Shown here: positions 16,524 through 26,854 of the stretch, piece after piece
How positions within the stretch are numbered: the stretch's first letter is position 1
Layout: every line of letters starts with the position of its first letter
DNA from: Gemmatimonadales bacterium
Lineage (GTDB): Bacteria > Gemmatimonadota > Gemmatimonadetes > Gemmatimonadales > GWC2-71-9
Length of the DNA stretch: 64,000 nucleotides
Reading direction: 5' to 3'
Assembly: GCA_046757925.1 (NCBI GenBank)
Contig: JBHHZE010000005.1
Location: forward strand, 4,239 to 68,238
The notes under the pieces: generated by a model
Told to the model about the DNA's origin: nothing
The model's database searches: none
Seen by the model: only the letters and a program-made list of their open reading frames with translations
Position numbers and translations under genes: made by a program

Positions 16524-18897
16524 TCGAATCTCTCGAGCTCTGGACACGTCACAACAAGTCAAGACGGTTCTCCCAGCAGTACTTTGCTCACTCCTCGCAG
16601 TGGGCTGCAGCACGGACACGGTCCCGCCGCGCACGGATTACGGCCCGGTAGCCGAGGCTCTAGCGCCATTCATCGAGTGGCACATGGGCACCAAAGATCT
16701 TCCCGCGCTCTCGATCGCCCTGGTCGACGATCAGGATATCGTTTGGGCGCGCGGATTCGGCTATCAGAATCCAGGTGACAGTGTGCCCGCCACGGCCAAC
16801 ACAGTGTACCGTGTGGGCTCGGTCTCCAAGCTCTTCACCGACATCGCGATCATGCAGCTGGTGGAAAAGGGAGAACTCGACATAGATATCCCGATCCAGA
16901 CGTACTTGCCGGAGTTCAATCCAAGGAATCCCTTCCGCAAGCCAATAACCTTGCGGGCACTCATGTCACATCGTTCGGGCCTGGTGCGCGAGCCACCCGC
17001 CGGCAATTATTTCGACGACAGCGGTACCTCGCTCGCACAGATGGTGACGAGCCTCAACGAGACCGAGTTGGTCTACGAGCCTGAGACCAGAATCAAGTAT
17101 TCCAACGCCGCGATCGCGACAGCGGGCTACGTCTTGGAGCGTACGCAAGGGGAGCCGTTTGCGGGCTACGTGAAGCAGACCGTTCTGGAACCGCTCGGTA
17201 TGACGCACAGCGCATTCTTACCAGAGCCGGCACTGGTCAAAGATTTGGCCACTGCATACATGTGGGCCTTTGACGGCAGGGAGTACGAGGCACCGGGTTT
17301 CCAACTGGGGATGGCGCCGGCCGGCAGCATGTACTCCACGGTTCTAGATCTGGGCAAGTTCATGACAGTCATGTTTGCCGGCGGCAAACGCGACGGTGAT
17401 CGCATTCTGGAGAAGGCCAGTCTGGATTCGATGTGGACGCCACAGTTTGCACCCGACACCGTGCGATCCGGCTACGGACTGGGGTTTTCCCTCAGTAGGC
17501 TCGACGGCCACCGGCGCATCGGCCATGGCGGTGCGATTTACGGCTTTGCCACCGAGTTGGCCATGCTCCCCGACGAGAAACTCGGCGCAATCGTGGTGAC
17601 GAGCCGGGACGTCGCCAATGCGATCACAACCACTATCGCCAATCAGGCGTTGCGCGCGATGCTTGCACTAAAGGCGAACGAACCGATCGAGATCCCACTG
17701 CGAACGAAGCCACTCGACCGCAAGACAGTGAAGCGAGTGGCCGGTCGCTACGCGAATACAGAAATCGGCGTCGACCTGTATGACTGGAATGGGCGGCTAT
17801 TTGGTCTCTCGACCCGAGGTGGTACACCGGTCGAATACCGATCGCTCAACGATACGCTCGTTGTCGACGGCGTGACGAGCCAGAACGGGTGGATCCTGAA
17901 GATCGGGCCAGACTCGTTGTTGGTCGGAGGCGATACACTGGTCCGGCAGGCTCGCGCGCGACCGCCACCGCCCGCCCCAGACCACTGGCGTGGCTTGATC
18001 GGTGAGTACGGCTGGGATCACAACACGCTTTTCATCTTCGAGAAAGACGGTCAGCTCCACGCGTTGATAGAGTGGGTATTCGACTATCCACTGGTGGAAG
18101 TGAGCCGGGATGTGTTCGGCTTCCCGGGTTTTGGGCTGTATCAGGGTGAACGGCTGATGTTCCAGCGCGACGCCAACGGAAGGGCGACTAGAGTAATCGC
18201 AGCGAGCGTCGGTTTCGAACGACGCAACATTGAACCCGGGGCAGGGAACACGTTTCGCATCAGGCCTTTGCGTCCCGTGGACGAGTTGAGAACCGAAGCG
18301 CTGGCCACCTCACCTCCCGAGCAACCGGAAAATCTGCGGGTGCCCGACCTGGTGGAACTCACGTCGCTTGACTCTACCATCAAGCTAGACGTGCGCTACG
18401 CGACCACCAATAACTTCATGAGCACCGTGTTCTACGAGGAGCCGCGGGCCTTCATGCAGCGGCCTGCCGCGCAAGCTCTGGTTCGCACCAACGGAGCGCT
18501 AAGGTCCTATGCGTTGGGTCTCTTGATCCACGACGCCTATCGTCCATGGTATGTAACGAAGATGTTCTGGGATGCCACGCCCGACGACAAGAAGATCTTC
18601 GTCGCCAATCCGGCCAACGGATCACGGCATAATCGTGGGGCGGCAGTCGATGTCACGTTGTACGATCTCCGGACCGGCGAGCCGATCCGGATGGTGGGGA
18701 CGTACGACGAAATGACCGATCGTTCGTATCCCAACTATATCGGTGGCACGTCGCGGCAGCGCTGGTATCGCGATCTGTTGCGCCGGGCGATGGAAAATGA
18801 GGGGTTCCAAGTGTACGAGTTCGAATGGTGGCACTTCGACTACCGGGACTGGGCCGAGTACCCGGTTCTCAACTTGCCATTCGGTGAATTGCGGTGA
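16480..18897 (+). CDS. Lipoprotein fusing a serine beta-lactamase / DD-peptidase-fold domain to a VanX/DdpX-type D-Ala-D-Ala dipeptidase
   Basis: Lipobox LLAVGCS. N-terminal motifs are YRVGSVSKLFT (SxxK), IKYSNAA (YxN) and IGHGGAIYG. C-terminal motifs are HDAYRPW, SRHNRGAAVDVTL and EWWHFDY. The start is uncertain: GTG 16480 or TTG 16507. Confidence 0.85.
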   Translation: MYALVGWWSLKSRVSRISRALDTSQQVKTVLPAVLCSLLAVGCSTDTVPPRTDYGPVAEALAPFIEWHMGTKDLPALSIALVDDQDIVWARGFGYQNPGDSVPATANTVYRVGSVSKLFTDIAIMQLVEKGELDIDIPIQTYLPEFNPRNPFRKPITLRALMSHRSGLVREPPAGNYFDDSGTSLAQMVTSLNETELVYEPETRIKYSNAAIATAGYVLERTQGEPFAGYVKQTVLEPLGMTHSAFLPEPALVKDLATAYMWAFDGREYEAPGFQLGMAPAGSMYSTVLDLGKFMTVMFAGGKRDGDRILEKASLDSMWTPQFAPDTVRSGYGLGFSLSRLDGHRRIGHGGAIYGFATELAMLPDEKLGAIVVTSRDVANAITTTIANQALRAMLALKANEPIEIPLRTKPLDRKTVKRVAGRYANTEIGVDLYDWNGRLFGLSTRGGTPVEYRSLNDTLVVDGVTSQNGWILKIGPDSLLVGGDTLVRQARARPPPPAPDHWRGLIGEYGWDHNTLFIFEKDGQLHALIEWVFDYPLVEVSRDVFGFPGFGLYQGERLMFQRDANGRATRVIAASVGFERRNIEPGAGNTFRIRPLRPVDELRTEALATSPPEQPENLRVPDLVELTSLDSTIKLDVRYATTNNFMSTVFYEEPRAFMQRPAAQALVRTNGALRSYALGLLIHDAYRPWYVTKMFWDATPDDKKIFVANPANGSRHNRGAAVDVTLYDLRTGEPIRMVGTYDEMTDRSYPNYIGGTSRQRWYRDLLRRAMENEGFQVYEFEWWHFDYRDWAEYPVLNLPFGELR

Positions 18898-18928
18898 GGA
18901 AATCGGCCAAGCCACGCACCTCAACGTC

Positions 18929-19153
18929 CTAGCTCTTTGCCCTGGCGCGCCGGCGCTGCTCGGTCTTGCGACGCCTCTTGGCCGCATCTGCTTTCAGCCG
19001 GCGGGCGAGGCTCGGCTTGACGAAGTAGCGTCTCTTCCGGAGGTCCTTGAGGATGCCGGAGCGTTGCACTTTTCTTCGGAAGGTCTTGAGCGCCCACTCC
19101 ACGCGGTCGCCCTCTTCCAAAATGATCTCGCTCACGCGCACTCCTCTCTGCAT
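18929..19153 (-). CDS. rpsU: 30S ribosomal protein S21
   Basis: MQRGVRVSEIILEEGDRVEWALKTFRRKVQRSGILKDLRKRRYFVKPSLARRLKADAAKRRRK. Track ORF 18929..19207 trimmed to ATG 19153. Confidence 0.9.
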   Translation of the reverse strand: MQRGVRVSEIILEEGDRVEWALKTFRRKVQRSGILKDLRKRRYFVKPSLARRLKADAAKRRRKTEQRRRARAKS

Positions 19154-19175
19154 ATCTGCGATAGATGCTGAGAAG

Positions 19176-19203
19176 GCGCCGACCCGAGGTGTCGAGTCGG
19201 CGC
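19176..19203 (-). terminator. GC-rich hairpin between csp and rpsU (GCGCCGAC, 12-nt loop, GTCGGCGC), followed by a weak U tract
   Basis: Perfect 8-bp stem read directly from the sequence, 17 nt downstream of the csp stop. The trailing CCUUCUC is a poor U tract, so this is a partial terminator at best. Confidence 0.4.
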
Positions 19204-19219
19204 ACATCTCGCAGGTGAT

Positions 19220-19432
19220 CTAGGCCTCTACGACTGTTACGTTCTCTGCCGCGGGTCCCTTTTGACCCTGCGTTACGTCGAATTCCACGTGTTCCCCCTC
19301 CCTGAGCGACTTGAAGCCTTCGCCCTGGACGGCGGTGTGGTGGACGAAGCAATCTTGTCCCCCGTCATCGCGCGTGATGAATCCGAAACCTTTGCTGTCG
19401 TTGAACCACTTGACGGTTCCTTTGGTACGCAT
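19220..19432 (-). CDS. cspA: CspA-family cold-shock protein (70 aa)
   Basis: [36 protein letters not shown] carries the RNP1 (KGFGFI) and RNP2 (VFVHH-like) motifs. GAGGGAG lies 7 nt upstream of ATG 19432. Confidence 0.93.
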   Translation of the reverse strand: MRTKGTVKWFNDSKGFGFITRDDGGQDCFVHHTAVQGEGFKSLREGEHVEFDVTQGQKGPAAENVTVVEA

Positions 19433-19563
19433 TGCCGTACTCCCTCTGGTTGAATCTTGTGGCCGGGGTCCGGTGATGCCGTACCAACCGACTACTTCTG
19501 CGGATTCCACCCTCCGCGAAGGGGTGCTGCGCCGGCTTGGCGCAAGCTTGTGGCGAGTCGAAC

Positions 19564-19597
19564 AAAAAAGGGCATCCGTTTGCGTATCCGGATCCCC
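19564..19597 (-). promoter_or_regulatory. Terminator-like hairpin plus U6 inside the csp leader (possible attenuator)
   Basis: The minus strand reads GGGGATCC-12 nt-GGATGCCC followed by TTTTTT. The stem is 8 bp with one G-G mismatch. It sits about 130-165 nt upstream of the csp ATG and downstream of the predicted promoter. Confidence 0.3.
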
Positions 19598-19647
19598 GTT
19601 TACGTTCCTGACTCGTTGGCCCTGCGATGGGCCTGTCTGACCCAAGA

Positions 19648-19676
19648 ACATTAGCGCATGGCGCGCCCGACGTCAA
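19648..19676 (-). promoter_or_regulatory. Sigma-70-like promoter for csp: TTGACG, 17-nt spacer, TAATGT
   Basis: On the minus strand the -35 element is at 19676-19671 and the -10 element at 19653-19648, with an exact 17-nt spacer. This implies a 5' UTR of roughly 200 nt, in line with the long leaders of cspA-type genes. Confidence 0.5.
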
Positions 19677-19769
19677 ACCCGGCGGCCCCATATGCCCCTC
19701 GCCCATGCCCTTTTAATCCCGGCTTCAGGCGGCTACCTTGCCTCTCGCTTCACCACCGGGAGCGAGTGA

Positions 19770-21671
19770 TTGCCTGATCCACACATAGATCCTTCGGCGG
19801 CCCCGCCCAGAGGCCGACGGCTGACGACACTGTCGCTAGCGGCACTTGGCGTCGTGTATGGAGATATCGGGACCAGCCCGATCTATGCGATCCGTGAGTC
19901 GCTCGATCCTGCACACGGAGTGAGCGCCTCGGCCGAGAATGTCCTTGGTCTGCTATCGCTGATTGTCTGGTCCCTCATCATCGTGATCTCGATCAAGTAT
20001 CTGTTCCTCGTGATGCGGGCGGATAACCGCGGCGAGGGAGGCATCATCGCCCTGACGGCACTGGTAATGCCGAGGACCCGCTCGCCGAAGGGTGTCACCT
20101 ATCTCCTGGTGATCGCAGGTCTGTTCGGGGCGGCGCTCCTGTACGGCGACAGCATGATAACCCCGGCGATCTCGGTGCTAAGTGCCATCGAGGGTCTGGA
20201 AGTTGCGACACCGGCTTTCCGCCCGTTCATCATCCCGATTACGATTGGGATCTTGATCGCGCTGTTCAGCGGACAGCGGCACGGCACTGCTCGGGTCGGA
20301 GCGCTGTTCGGCCCCGTCATGATGATTTGGTTCGCGACCCTTGGAATCCTGGGCGCCGCTGCCATCGTGCAGCATCCGGGCGTCGTCTCCGCCGTGAGTC
20401 CTCATCACGCCCTGCGGTTTTTCCGCGACAACCACCTCGGCGGCTTCCTGGTGCTCGGAACCGTTTTCTTGGTAGTCACCGGGGGGGAAGCACTATATGC
20501 CGACATGGGCCACTTCGGCCGCCGGCCCATTCGCGTTACATGGTTCGCGTTCGTCTTGCCGGCGTTACTGCTCAATTACTTCGGTCAAGGCGCACTGATC
20601 ATTGGTTCGCCCGAAGCTGTAGAACAGCCCTTCTTCCTGCTCGCCCCGCGCTGGGCGCTGTATCCGCTGGTTGGGCTTACGACCGCAGCGACCGTGATCG
20701 CATCGCAGGCAGTCATTTCCGGCGCGTTCTCGCTGACGCGACAAGCCGTGCTTCTGGGCTATCTCCCCCGGCTGCACATCACACACACCTCGGAGCACGC
20801 CATGGGGCAGATCTATCTCCCGGCGGTAAACTGGGTCCTGCTAATCGCGTGCGTGGGGTTGGTGCTCGGGTTCGGCAGCAGCGGCAACCTTGCGGCGGCG
20901 TACGGTGTCGCCGTCACCACGGACATGGTGTTTACCACGATCCTGTTTGCCGTCGTCGCCTGGCGCGCATGGCGCTGGAGCCCGTTGGTTGTAGGCTTCA
21001 TGGTTGGAGGACTCCTCGTCGTAGATCTCGCGTTTTGGGGCGCTAACCTGCCTAAAATCCCACACGGTGGTTGGTTCCCGCTGCTGGTGGCAGCCGCGAT
21101 GTTCACGCTCATGACGACGTGGAAGCGCGGTCGAGCGATACTCGCGGCCCGGCAGCAGGGCCGCATGTTCCCAATCGAGTTGTTTGTCAAGGAAGTCGAG
21201 GCAAAACCACCAGTGCGAGTGCCCGGGACAGCCGTGTTTATGGATTCTACTCCGGACGGCACTCCGCCCGCGCTACTGCACAACCTCAAACACAATTCGG
21301 TGCTGCACGAAACCGTTGTGTTCTTGACCATTCTGCCGCAAGAAGCGCCGTTCGTCGCGGACGACGAACGCTACGAAGTCATAACTCTGGGCGTTGGGAT
21401 GTACCGCGTTCGCGCTCGTCTCGGGTTCATGGAAGAGGTGAACGTCCCGGAATTGCTGAACGGGTGCACTATCGAAGGCGTTTCCTTCGAGCCAATGAAG
21501 ACGAGCTATTTCCTCGGCCGCGAGCGGGTGATCGCAACCGACCGGCCTGGAATGGCGATATGGCGCGAGCATCTATTTGGGGCCATGTCACGTAACGCCG
21601 AAGGCGTGACGCGTTACTTCAGCCTGCCCCCCAATCGAGTTGTGGAACTCGGAATGCAGGTGGAGATCTAG
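19770..21671 (+). CDS. kup: KUP-family potassium uptake transporter
   Basis: LSLAALGVVYGDIGTSPIYAIRE, TGGEALYADMGHFG, 12 TM-like segments and a cytoplasmic C-terminal domain. TTG start at 19770, with no in-frame ATG nearby. Confidence 0.93.
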   Translation: MPDPHIDPSAAPPRGRRLTTLSLAALGVVYGDIGTSPIYAIRESLDPAHGVSASAENVLGLLSLIVWSLIIVISIKYLFLVMRADNRGEGGIIALTALVMPRTRSPKGVTYLLVIAGLFGAALLYGDSMITPAISVLSAIEGLEVATPAFRPFIIPITIGILIALFSGQRHGTARVGALFGPVMMIWFATLGILGAAAIVQHPGVVSAVSPHHALRFFRDNHLGGFLVLGTVFLVVTGGEALYADMGHFGRRPIRVTWFAFVLPALLLNYFGQGALIIGSPEAVEQPFFLLAPRWALYPLVGLTTAATVIASQAVISGAFSLTRQAVLLGYLPRLHITHTSEHAMGQIYLPAVNWVLLIACVGLVLGFGSSGNLAAAYGVAVTTDMVFTTILFAVVAWRAWRWSPLVVGFMVGGLLVVDLAFWGANLPKIPHGGWFPLLVAAAMFTLMTTWKRGRAILAARQQGRMFPIELFVKEVEAKPPVRVPGTAVFMDSTPDGTPPALLHNLKHNSVLHETVVFLTILPQEAPFVADDERYEVITLGVGMYRVRARLGFMEEVNVPELLNGCTIEGVSFEPMKTSYFLGRERVIATDRPGMAIWREHLFGAMSRNAEGVTRYFSLPPNRVVELGMQVEI

Positions 21672-21712
21672 CGCATCCACGTTCGCCCGACAAACGTTGT
21701 GGGTTCCGTGGA

Positions 21713-23173
21713 TCAGTGCTCCTGTCTCGATGAACTCGTGCCGCGCCCGAACTCGTCGGCGTAGGCACGCCCCAGGTTATCCGCGTAACCGGCGAGCAAC
21801 TCGCTCAGGGTGCCGTGTTCCTCCCGAACGGCAGCGCGGAACTTGCCGTCCACGAGGAAGTGATAGAGAATCGCCGCCATGATCTTGGCATCCAATTCAA
21901 AACCGGTGTGTCCGATGTCGGTGAATGCGTCTTGCTCCATCTCGTATGTGTGATTCGCTGCGGACGAACTCCGCACGCTCACTCCGACGCCGGGAATGTC
22001 GCGGCTTACGAACCCGGTTTCCTCGTAGCCGGCCGGACGCTGAGGTTGGGTCGTAAGGCCGGGTGCTCCCAGCTTCTTGGCATAGGCGTAAAACAGCTCC
22101 TCCAAGGTGCCCACCGACACGCCGTCGCGATACTCGCCGTAGCGGTCGATCTCGACCTCCGTTCCGGTTGCCATGGCCGCGCCCCGCGCAGCGGCGTTCA
22201 CGAGTTCTGTAATGTGTTCGACGTAAACCTCGTCCGGGTAGCGTAGGTAGTAGTCCACCACAGCGCGGTCGGGCACCACGTTGGGTGCAACGCCGCCTTC
22301 AGGGATCACGCCCTGAATCGATGCTTCCGGCCGGAACGTGGGCCTGAGATGGTCAACCGCCGAGTAGAACTGGACCGCCGCAGCGAGCGCGTTGCGACCG
22401 AACCACGAGAGCCGTTGATGCGAGGGTACGCCCTTGAAGACATACTTCACCGCGTTGACGTTCAAGCAACAGACGCCGAAGCCGGCCCGGCCCCGTGCTG
22501 TCTTATTGGTGGCGTGACTGCGGACCAGGATATCGGCTCCTTCGAACACACCCGCCCGATACATTGTCGCCTTGGGCGGCGGTGGTACCTCTTCCGCCGG
22601 AGTCCCGTAGAATATGATTCGCCCCGGCAGTTTCTTCGCGCTCATGTACTGCTGCACGGCAAATGCGGCGGCGAGGGCGACCGGGCTTTGGGCGTTGTGC
22701 TGGTCGCCGTGGAATGGACGCTCTGTGCCACGGAGCGCATCATACTCACCGATCACACCCAGTGTGGGGCCCTGGGCCCCGGCCGGCGAAGTCCAGCTTC
22801 CCACGAATGCTGTGGCCAGTCCAGCCACACCCGACTCCACATCGAATCCGTGCGCCGCGAGCACCTTGCCAATCGTGTCAACCGCCTGGTGCTCGTTGAA
22901 GCCGGTTTCCGGGTGATGCCCGATCCAATCGCTCAGGTCCTGCAGACCGCCCGTCCAAAAGGTCTCGACCCCGGCGAGGACCTCGTCCCTGTCGCGATCT
23001 TTCCGGCTGGCCAGACGCTCGGCCCACTTGGTCGGGTCGAGGCGGGCCTCCAGCGCTTCAATCTGTTTCAGAATCTCCGCCGCAGCCTCCCGCTCGGTGG
23101 GTGTGGTCTGCGCGGCAACACTATGGATGATGCCGATCATCGCGGCGAAGACAATCATGGTGGAATGACGCAT
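21713..23173 (-). CDS. Secreted M20-family amidohydrolase (AbgB-like)
   Basis: Signal peptide MRHSTMIVFAAMIGIIHSVAAQ, followed by HHPETGFNEHQAV, GEYDALRG and GTPAEE motifs. Confidence 0.85.
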   Translation of the reverse strand: MRHSTMIVFAAMIGIIHSVAAQTTPTEREAAAEILKQIEALEARLDPTKWAERLASRKDRDRDEVLAGVETFWTGGLQDLSDWIGHHPETGFNEHQAVDTIGKVLAAHGFDVESGVAGLATAFVGSWTSPAGAQGPTLGVIGEYDALRGTERPFHGDQHNAQSPVALAAAFAVQQYMSAKKLPGRIIFYGTPAEEVPPPPKATMYRAGVFEGADILVRSHATNKTARGRAGFGVCCLNVNAVKYVFKGVPSHQRLSWFGRNALAAAVQFYSAVDHLRPTFRPEASIQGVIPEGGVAPNVVPDRAVVDYYLRYPDEVYVEHITELVNAAARGAAMATGTEVEIDRYGEYRDGVSVGTLEELFYAYAKKLGAPGLTTQPQRPAGYEETGFVSRDIPGVGVSVRSSSAANHTYEMEQDAFTDIGHTGFELDAKIMAAILYHFLVDGKFRAAVREEHGTLSELLAGYADNLGRAYADEFGRGTSSSRQEH

Positions 23174-23316
23174 CTTAGGTCTCCTGCACAGTTGGTACTG
23201 GGCTTGGCTGTTGCGATCAAGTACTCACGTGACCAAGGATAGGTCAAGGGCCCTTGCCGCGGGCCCCATTGCGGGATATTTCCATGGTCGGATTATCATG
23301 CAATCAAGGAGTCACC

Positions 23317-25110
23317 GTGCTCAGCTATCCCAGGGCTATCAGCTTTGCCGCAGCCGCCACTGTCGCAACATCCTGTCTGACCCGCGACCGCGCCGGTGAA
23401 TCTGAGGTGGTTGCGTCGCTTCACCCACCCACTTGGTTTGAGGACGGCTGGAGCTACTACGACGTCTCGCCGAACGAGACCGAAGCACTGTTTGGAGCGC
23501 GGTTTGGCCAGCGTTTGATCGAGCTGGCCGGCGGTCGCGAAGCTGCAAACAAGTACCGTGGTCCTCTGGCGGAAGTCCGTGGGGCGGTATTCGGGCCTGA
23601 CGGGCGCCTCGTTCGACAGGGCTCGTCGAAGGGCGAGAGCGGCTGGTTCGAGGAAGGGGAGCATGGTCCACTTCCGGCGGCCATCCCACCGGATGCCGTT
23701 CCGCGTTGGTCGCCAGACGGCTCCAGCGTCGCATACTACCGTGGTAGTGAGCCAAGGCTCTTCGTCGGTTCGGCAGGAGATCCGAGTGACTACGAGCTTG
23801 CCGGTCCCGTAACGGGTGTCGCGTGGTCACCCGAGAGCGACTTGGTCTACGCTCTGGTGGTTGGGCCAGATGGCCTGTCCTCGCTTGTTCGTGTGAGCAC
23901 CGGCACCAACAACATATCGGTTGTCAAAGACAGCCTGGACGCGACAAACCGCTTCAACTCTATCGGAGTCGTACCCGGGGGACAGTACGTTTACATCGCT
24001 TTGCCGGGCGAAGGGCCTCCCGATCCGGAGGCCAGACATCAGCCCGACGCGGATCGGGACATGGACATCTACCGGCTGGAGACGGAAACGGGCCATCTGA
24101 CCCGCGTGGTCGGCGAACCGGGTGACGACTTCTACCCGCAGGTCGTGGGTTCGAATCTCTATTGGACGCAAAACGAGATCAGAGATGAAGTCGTGGTGCT
24201 GCCGTTAGCGGGAGGAGACGCTCGCGCTGTAGTGGACCACGCTCAGATCCCCTACTGGAGCAACGACGGCAAGAAGCTCGCGTTTACCTATGGGGGTTGG
24301 CGGATTTCTGACTGGGGCCTCAACTTGGACGCCGGGGTGGTGGATGTGGACGCAGATGGACGGCGCCAGTCCGATCCAATGCCCATCGTTCAAGGATACC
24401 ATGAGGATTTCACCCCCGCATGGTCGCCCGATGGGAGTTGGATCGCTTTTCACTCGCACCGAGCGGCTGATCCGGTTTCGTTTTATGCATCGCAGGGGGC
24501 GAGTGACGATATCTACCTGCGACGTCCGTCTGCTCCCAACGAGGACGAGATACGCCTCACCGACTTCGGTTGGGAGGTGGGCATGGCCGACTGGTCGCCC
24601 GACGGTACTCGCCTGGTTTTCGATTCGTGGGATCGTAGGGGGACGCCCGGCATGGCACATCCGTGGATAGCGACAATCGACACAGCTACGGGGCATCTGC
24701 TGCACGCCGACCGCTTGCCGTTGCCCGATGGGTTTCACGGGACGCTTCTCGCGGCGTGGTCGCCGGTGGACGAACGCATAGCGCTGATAGAGCGCATCGC
24801 AGGTGAACGTCAGGCACTTTGGACGCTGAACGCCGACGGTGGCGATCCCAAGAAGTTGTTGGAGTTCGAGAGCAGCACGTATGGAGGAGTCGACTGGACG
24901 CCCGACGGAGCCACTATCATTTATGGGGCCCTTGCAGGTGGCAGCATGCAACTGTTTGCGATCGCGAGTTCGGGAGGACAACCGCGACAGCTCACCCATG
25001 ACCCGGTGAGTTTGCTTCATCCACAGGTGTCGCCCGATGGGCGTCTCGTCGCGGCTACGAGGATCCATCGTTCCAAGGAACTGCGACGGATGCCACTGGG
25101 ATCTCAATGA
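23317..25110 (+). CDS. TolB-like PD40 beta-propeller lipoprotein
   Basis: I chose GTG 23317 because AAGGAG lies 5 nt upstream; the track ORF starts at TTG 23254. Repeats are [58 protein letters not shown] and [11 protein letters not shown]. Confidence 0.85.
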   Translation: MLSYPRAISFAAAATVATSCLTRDRAGESEVVASLHPPTWFEDGWSYYDVSPNETEALFGARFGQRLIELAGGREAANKYRGPLAEVRGAVFGPDGRLVRQGSSKGESGWFEEGEHGPLPAAIPPDAVPRWSPDGSSVAYYRGSEPRLFVGSAGDPSDYELAGPVTGVAWSPESDLVYALVVGPDGLSSLVRVSTGTNNISVVKDSLDATNRFNSIGVVPGGQYVYIALPGEGPPDPEARHQPDADRDMDIYRLETETGHLTRVVGEPGDDFYPQVVGSNLYWTQNEIRDEVVVLPLAGGDARAVVDHAQIPYWSNDGKKLAFTYGGWRISDWGLNLDAGVVDVDADGRRQSDPMPIVQGYHEDFTPAWSPDGSWIAFHSHRAADPVSFYASQGASDDIYLRRPSAPNEDEIRLTDFGWEVGMADWSPDGTRLVFDSWDRRGTPGMAHPWIATIDTATGHLLHADRLPLPDGFHGTLLAAWSPVDERIALIERIAGERQALWTLNADGGDPKKLLEFESSTYGGVDWTPDGATIIYGALAGGSMQLFAIASSGGQPRQLTHDPVSLLHPQVSPDGRLVAATRIHRSKELRRMPLGSQ

Positions 25111-26801
25111 CAGGTCTTACTCGTAGTTATGTCCACGGCGCGTCAAACGCTCCCTTCATCGGTGAGACGCTGGGAGCACATTTCGACGGTGCGGTCGAAC
25201 GCTGGCCTGAGCACCAGGCTCTGGTGGTGACACATCAAGGGATCCACTGGACATACGAGGAATTGAAGGAGCGTGTGGATGCGTGTGCTGCAGGGTTGCT
25301 CGCGCTGGGCTTGGAGCCGGGCGAGCGTGTCGGCATCTGGTCGCCCAACAATTCGGAGTGGGTAATCACGCAGCTTGCCACGGCTAAGGCCGGTCTGATT
25401 TTGGTCAACATCAACCCGGCCTATCGGGTTACCGAATTGGAGTACGCGTTGACCCGAGTGGAGTGCCGTGCACTGATCACGGCGCAGGCCTTCAAGACCA
25501 GCAATTACCTGGACATGTTGCGCTCGCTGGCGCCGGAGATCGATGGCACGTCTCCCGGTAAACTCAGGGCCGCTCGACTCCCGGCGCTCGAGGTCATCGT
25601 GTGTCTGGGAGATCCCGCACCTCCCGGGATGTATTCGTTCGGCCAACTGATGGACATGGGCGGTCGGGAAGAGCGGCTCAAGTTGGAACAGCTTGGTGGC
25701 CAACTACAGTTCGACGAACCTATCAACATCCAGTTCACGAGTGGAACCACAGGTGCACCCAAGGGCGCCACTCTCACGCACCACAACATTCTAAACAACG
25801 GTTTTTTCATCGGCGAACTACTCGATCTCACCGAACGGGACAGGATTTGCATTCCGGTTCCTCTGTACCATTGTTTCGGCATGGTGGTTGGTAATCTCGC
25901 TTGCATGACGCATGGCTCGACGATGGTCTATGCCTCCGAGGGGTTCGAGCCCGGCGCGGTACTCGAGGCCGTCGAGGCCGAACGCTGTACGGGACTCTAC
26001 GGCGTGCCTACAATGTTCATAGCGGAACTGGAGCACCCTGACTTCGCGTCCTTCGACTTGTCGTCGCTGCGTACGGGGATCATGGCCGGATCGCCGTGTC
26101 CGATAGAGATCATGAAGCGCGTGGTAGATGAGATGCACATGACCGATGTCGCGATTGCCTACGGGATGACCGAGACGAGTCCGGCCAGTTTCCAGACTTT
26201 GCCGAACGATCCAATCGACAGACGGGTCGGCACCGTGGGGAGAGTGCATCCACATGTCGAGGCAAAGGTGATAGACAAGGATGGTCGCATTGTGCCCCCC
26301 GGTGTTCCGGGTGAGTTGTGCACACGCGGTTACATGGTGATGCTGGGATACTGGAACGATCCCGATCAGACACGCGCGGCGGTGGATGACACGGGATGGA
26401 TGCACACCGGCGATCTGGCGACGATCGACGAGGATGGGTATTGCAACATTGTCGGTCGCATCAAGGATATGGTAATCCGTGGCGGCGAGAACGTGTATCC
26501 CAAGGAAATCGAAGACTTTCTCTACACCAATCCCAAAGTCGAGGCGGTGCACGTAGTTGGGGTGCCGGATACCAAGTATGGAGAACAGTTGTGCGCTTGG
26601 ATCAAGCTTCGCGAAGGTGAGACATGCACCGCGGATGAAATACGTGGGTTCTGCGAAGGGCAGATTGCGCACTTCAAGGTTCCTCACTTTGTCAAGTTTG
26701 TGGAAGAATTTCCCATGACGGTGACTGGTAAGGTCCAGAAGTTCGTCATGCGGGAGGCCATGATCGATGAGTTGGGTCTGGAGGAACAACAGACGGCCTG
26801 A
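25107..26801 (+). CDS. AMP-dependent acyl-CoA synthetase/ligase
   Basis: [22 protein letters not shown]-like [16 protein letters not shown] and [11 protein letters not shown] motifs. ATGA overlap with the upstream gene. Confidence 0.92.
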   Translation: MTGLTRSYVHGASNAPFIGETLGAHFDGAVERWPEHQALVVTHQGIHWTYEELKERVDACAAGLLALGLEPGERVGIWSPNNSEWVITQLATAKAGLILVNINPAYRVTELEYALTRVECRALITAQAFKTSNYLDMLRSLAPEIDGTSPGKLRAARLPALEVIVCLGDPAPPGMYSFGQLMDMGGREERLKLEQLGGQLQFDEPINIQFTSGTTGAPKGATLTHHNILNNGFFIGELLDLTERDRICIPVPLYHCFGMVVGNLACMTHGSTMVYASEGFEPGAVLEAVEAERCTGLYGVPTMFIAELEHPDFASFDLSSLRTGIMAGSPCPIEIMKRVVDEMHMTDVAIAYGMTETSPASFQTLPNDPIDRRVGTVGRVHPHVEAKVIDKDGRIVPPGVPGELCTRGYMVMLGYWNDPDQTRAAVDDTGWMHTGDLATIDEDGYCNIVGRIKDMVIRGGENVYPKEIEDFLYTNPKVEAVHVVGVPDTKYGEQLCAWIKLREGETCTADEIRGFCEGQIAHFKVPHFVKFVEEFPMTVTGKVQKFVMREAMIDELGLEEQQTA

Positions 26802-26854
26802 CTTAAGACCCTCTCATCGTATCAGTAACTTTCAACCTATAGGATTTGTGTGGC

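Noticed and set aside
19654-19769. Possible riboswitch (for example c-di-AMP) upstream of kup
   Set aside because: Only about 100 nt are available, and these are shared with the divergent csp promoter. I recognise no conserved riboswitch core motif there.
21672-21712. Bidirectional terminator between kup and the convergent M20 gene (ATCCACG...CGTGGAT)
   Set aside because: The stem is interrupted and bulged, the loop is about 25 nt, and there is no U tract on either strand. This is too weak to call.
24147-24157. GGGTTCGAATC, which resembles a tRNA T-loop
   Set aside because: The flanking bases cannot form a T-stem or acceptor stem, and the motif lies inside a well-supported PD40-repeat CDS.
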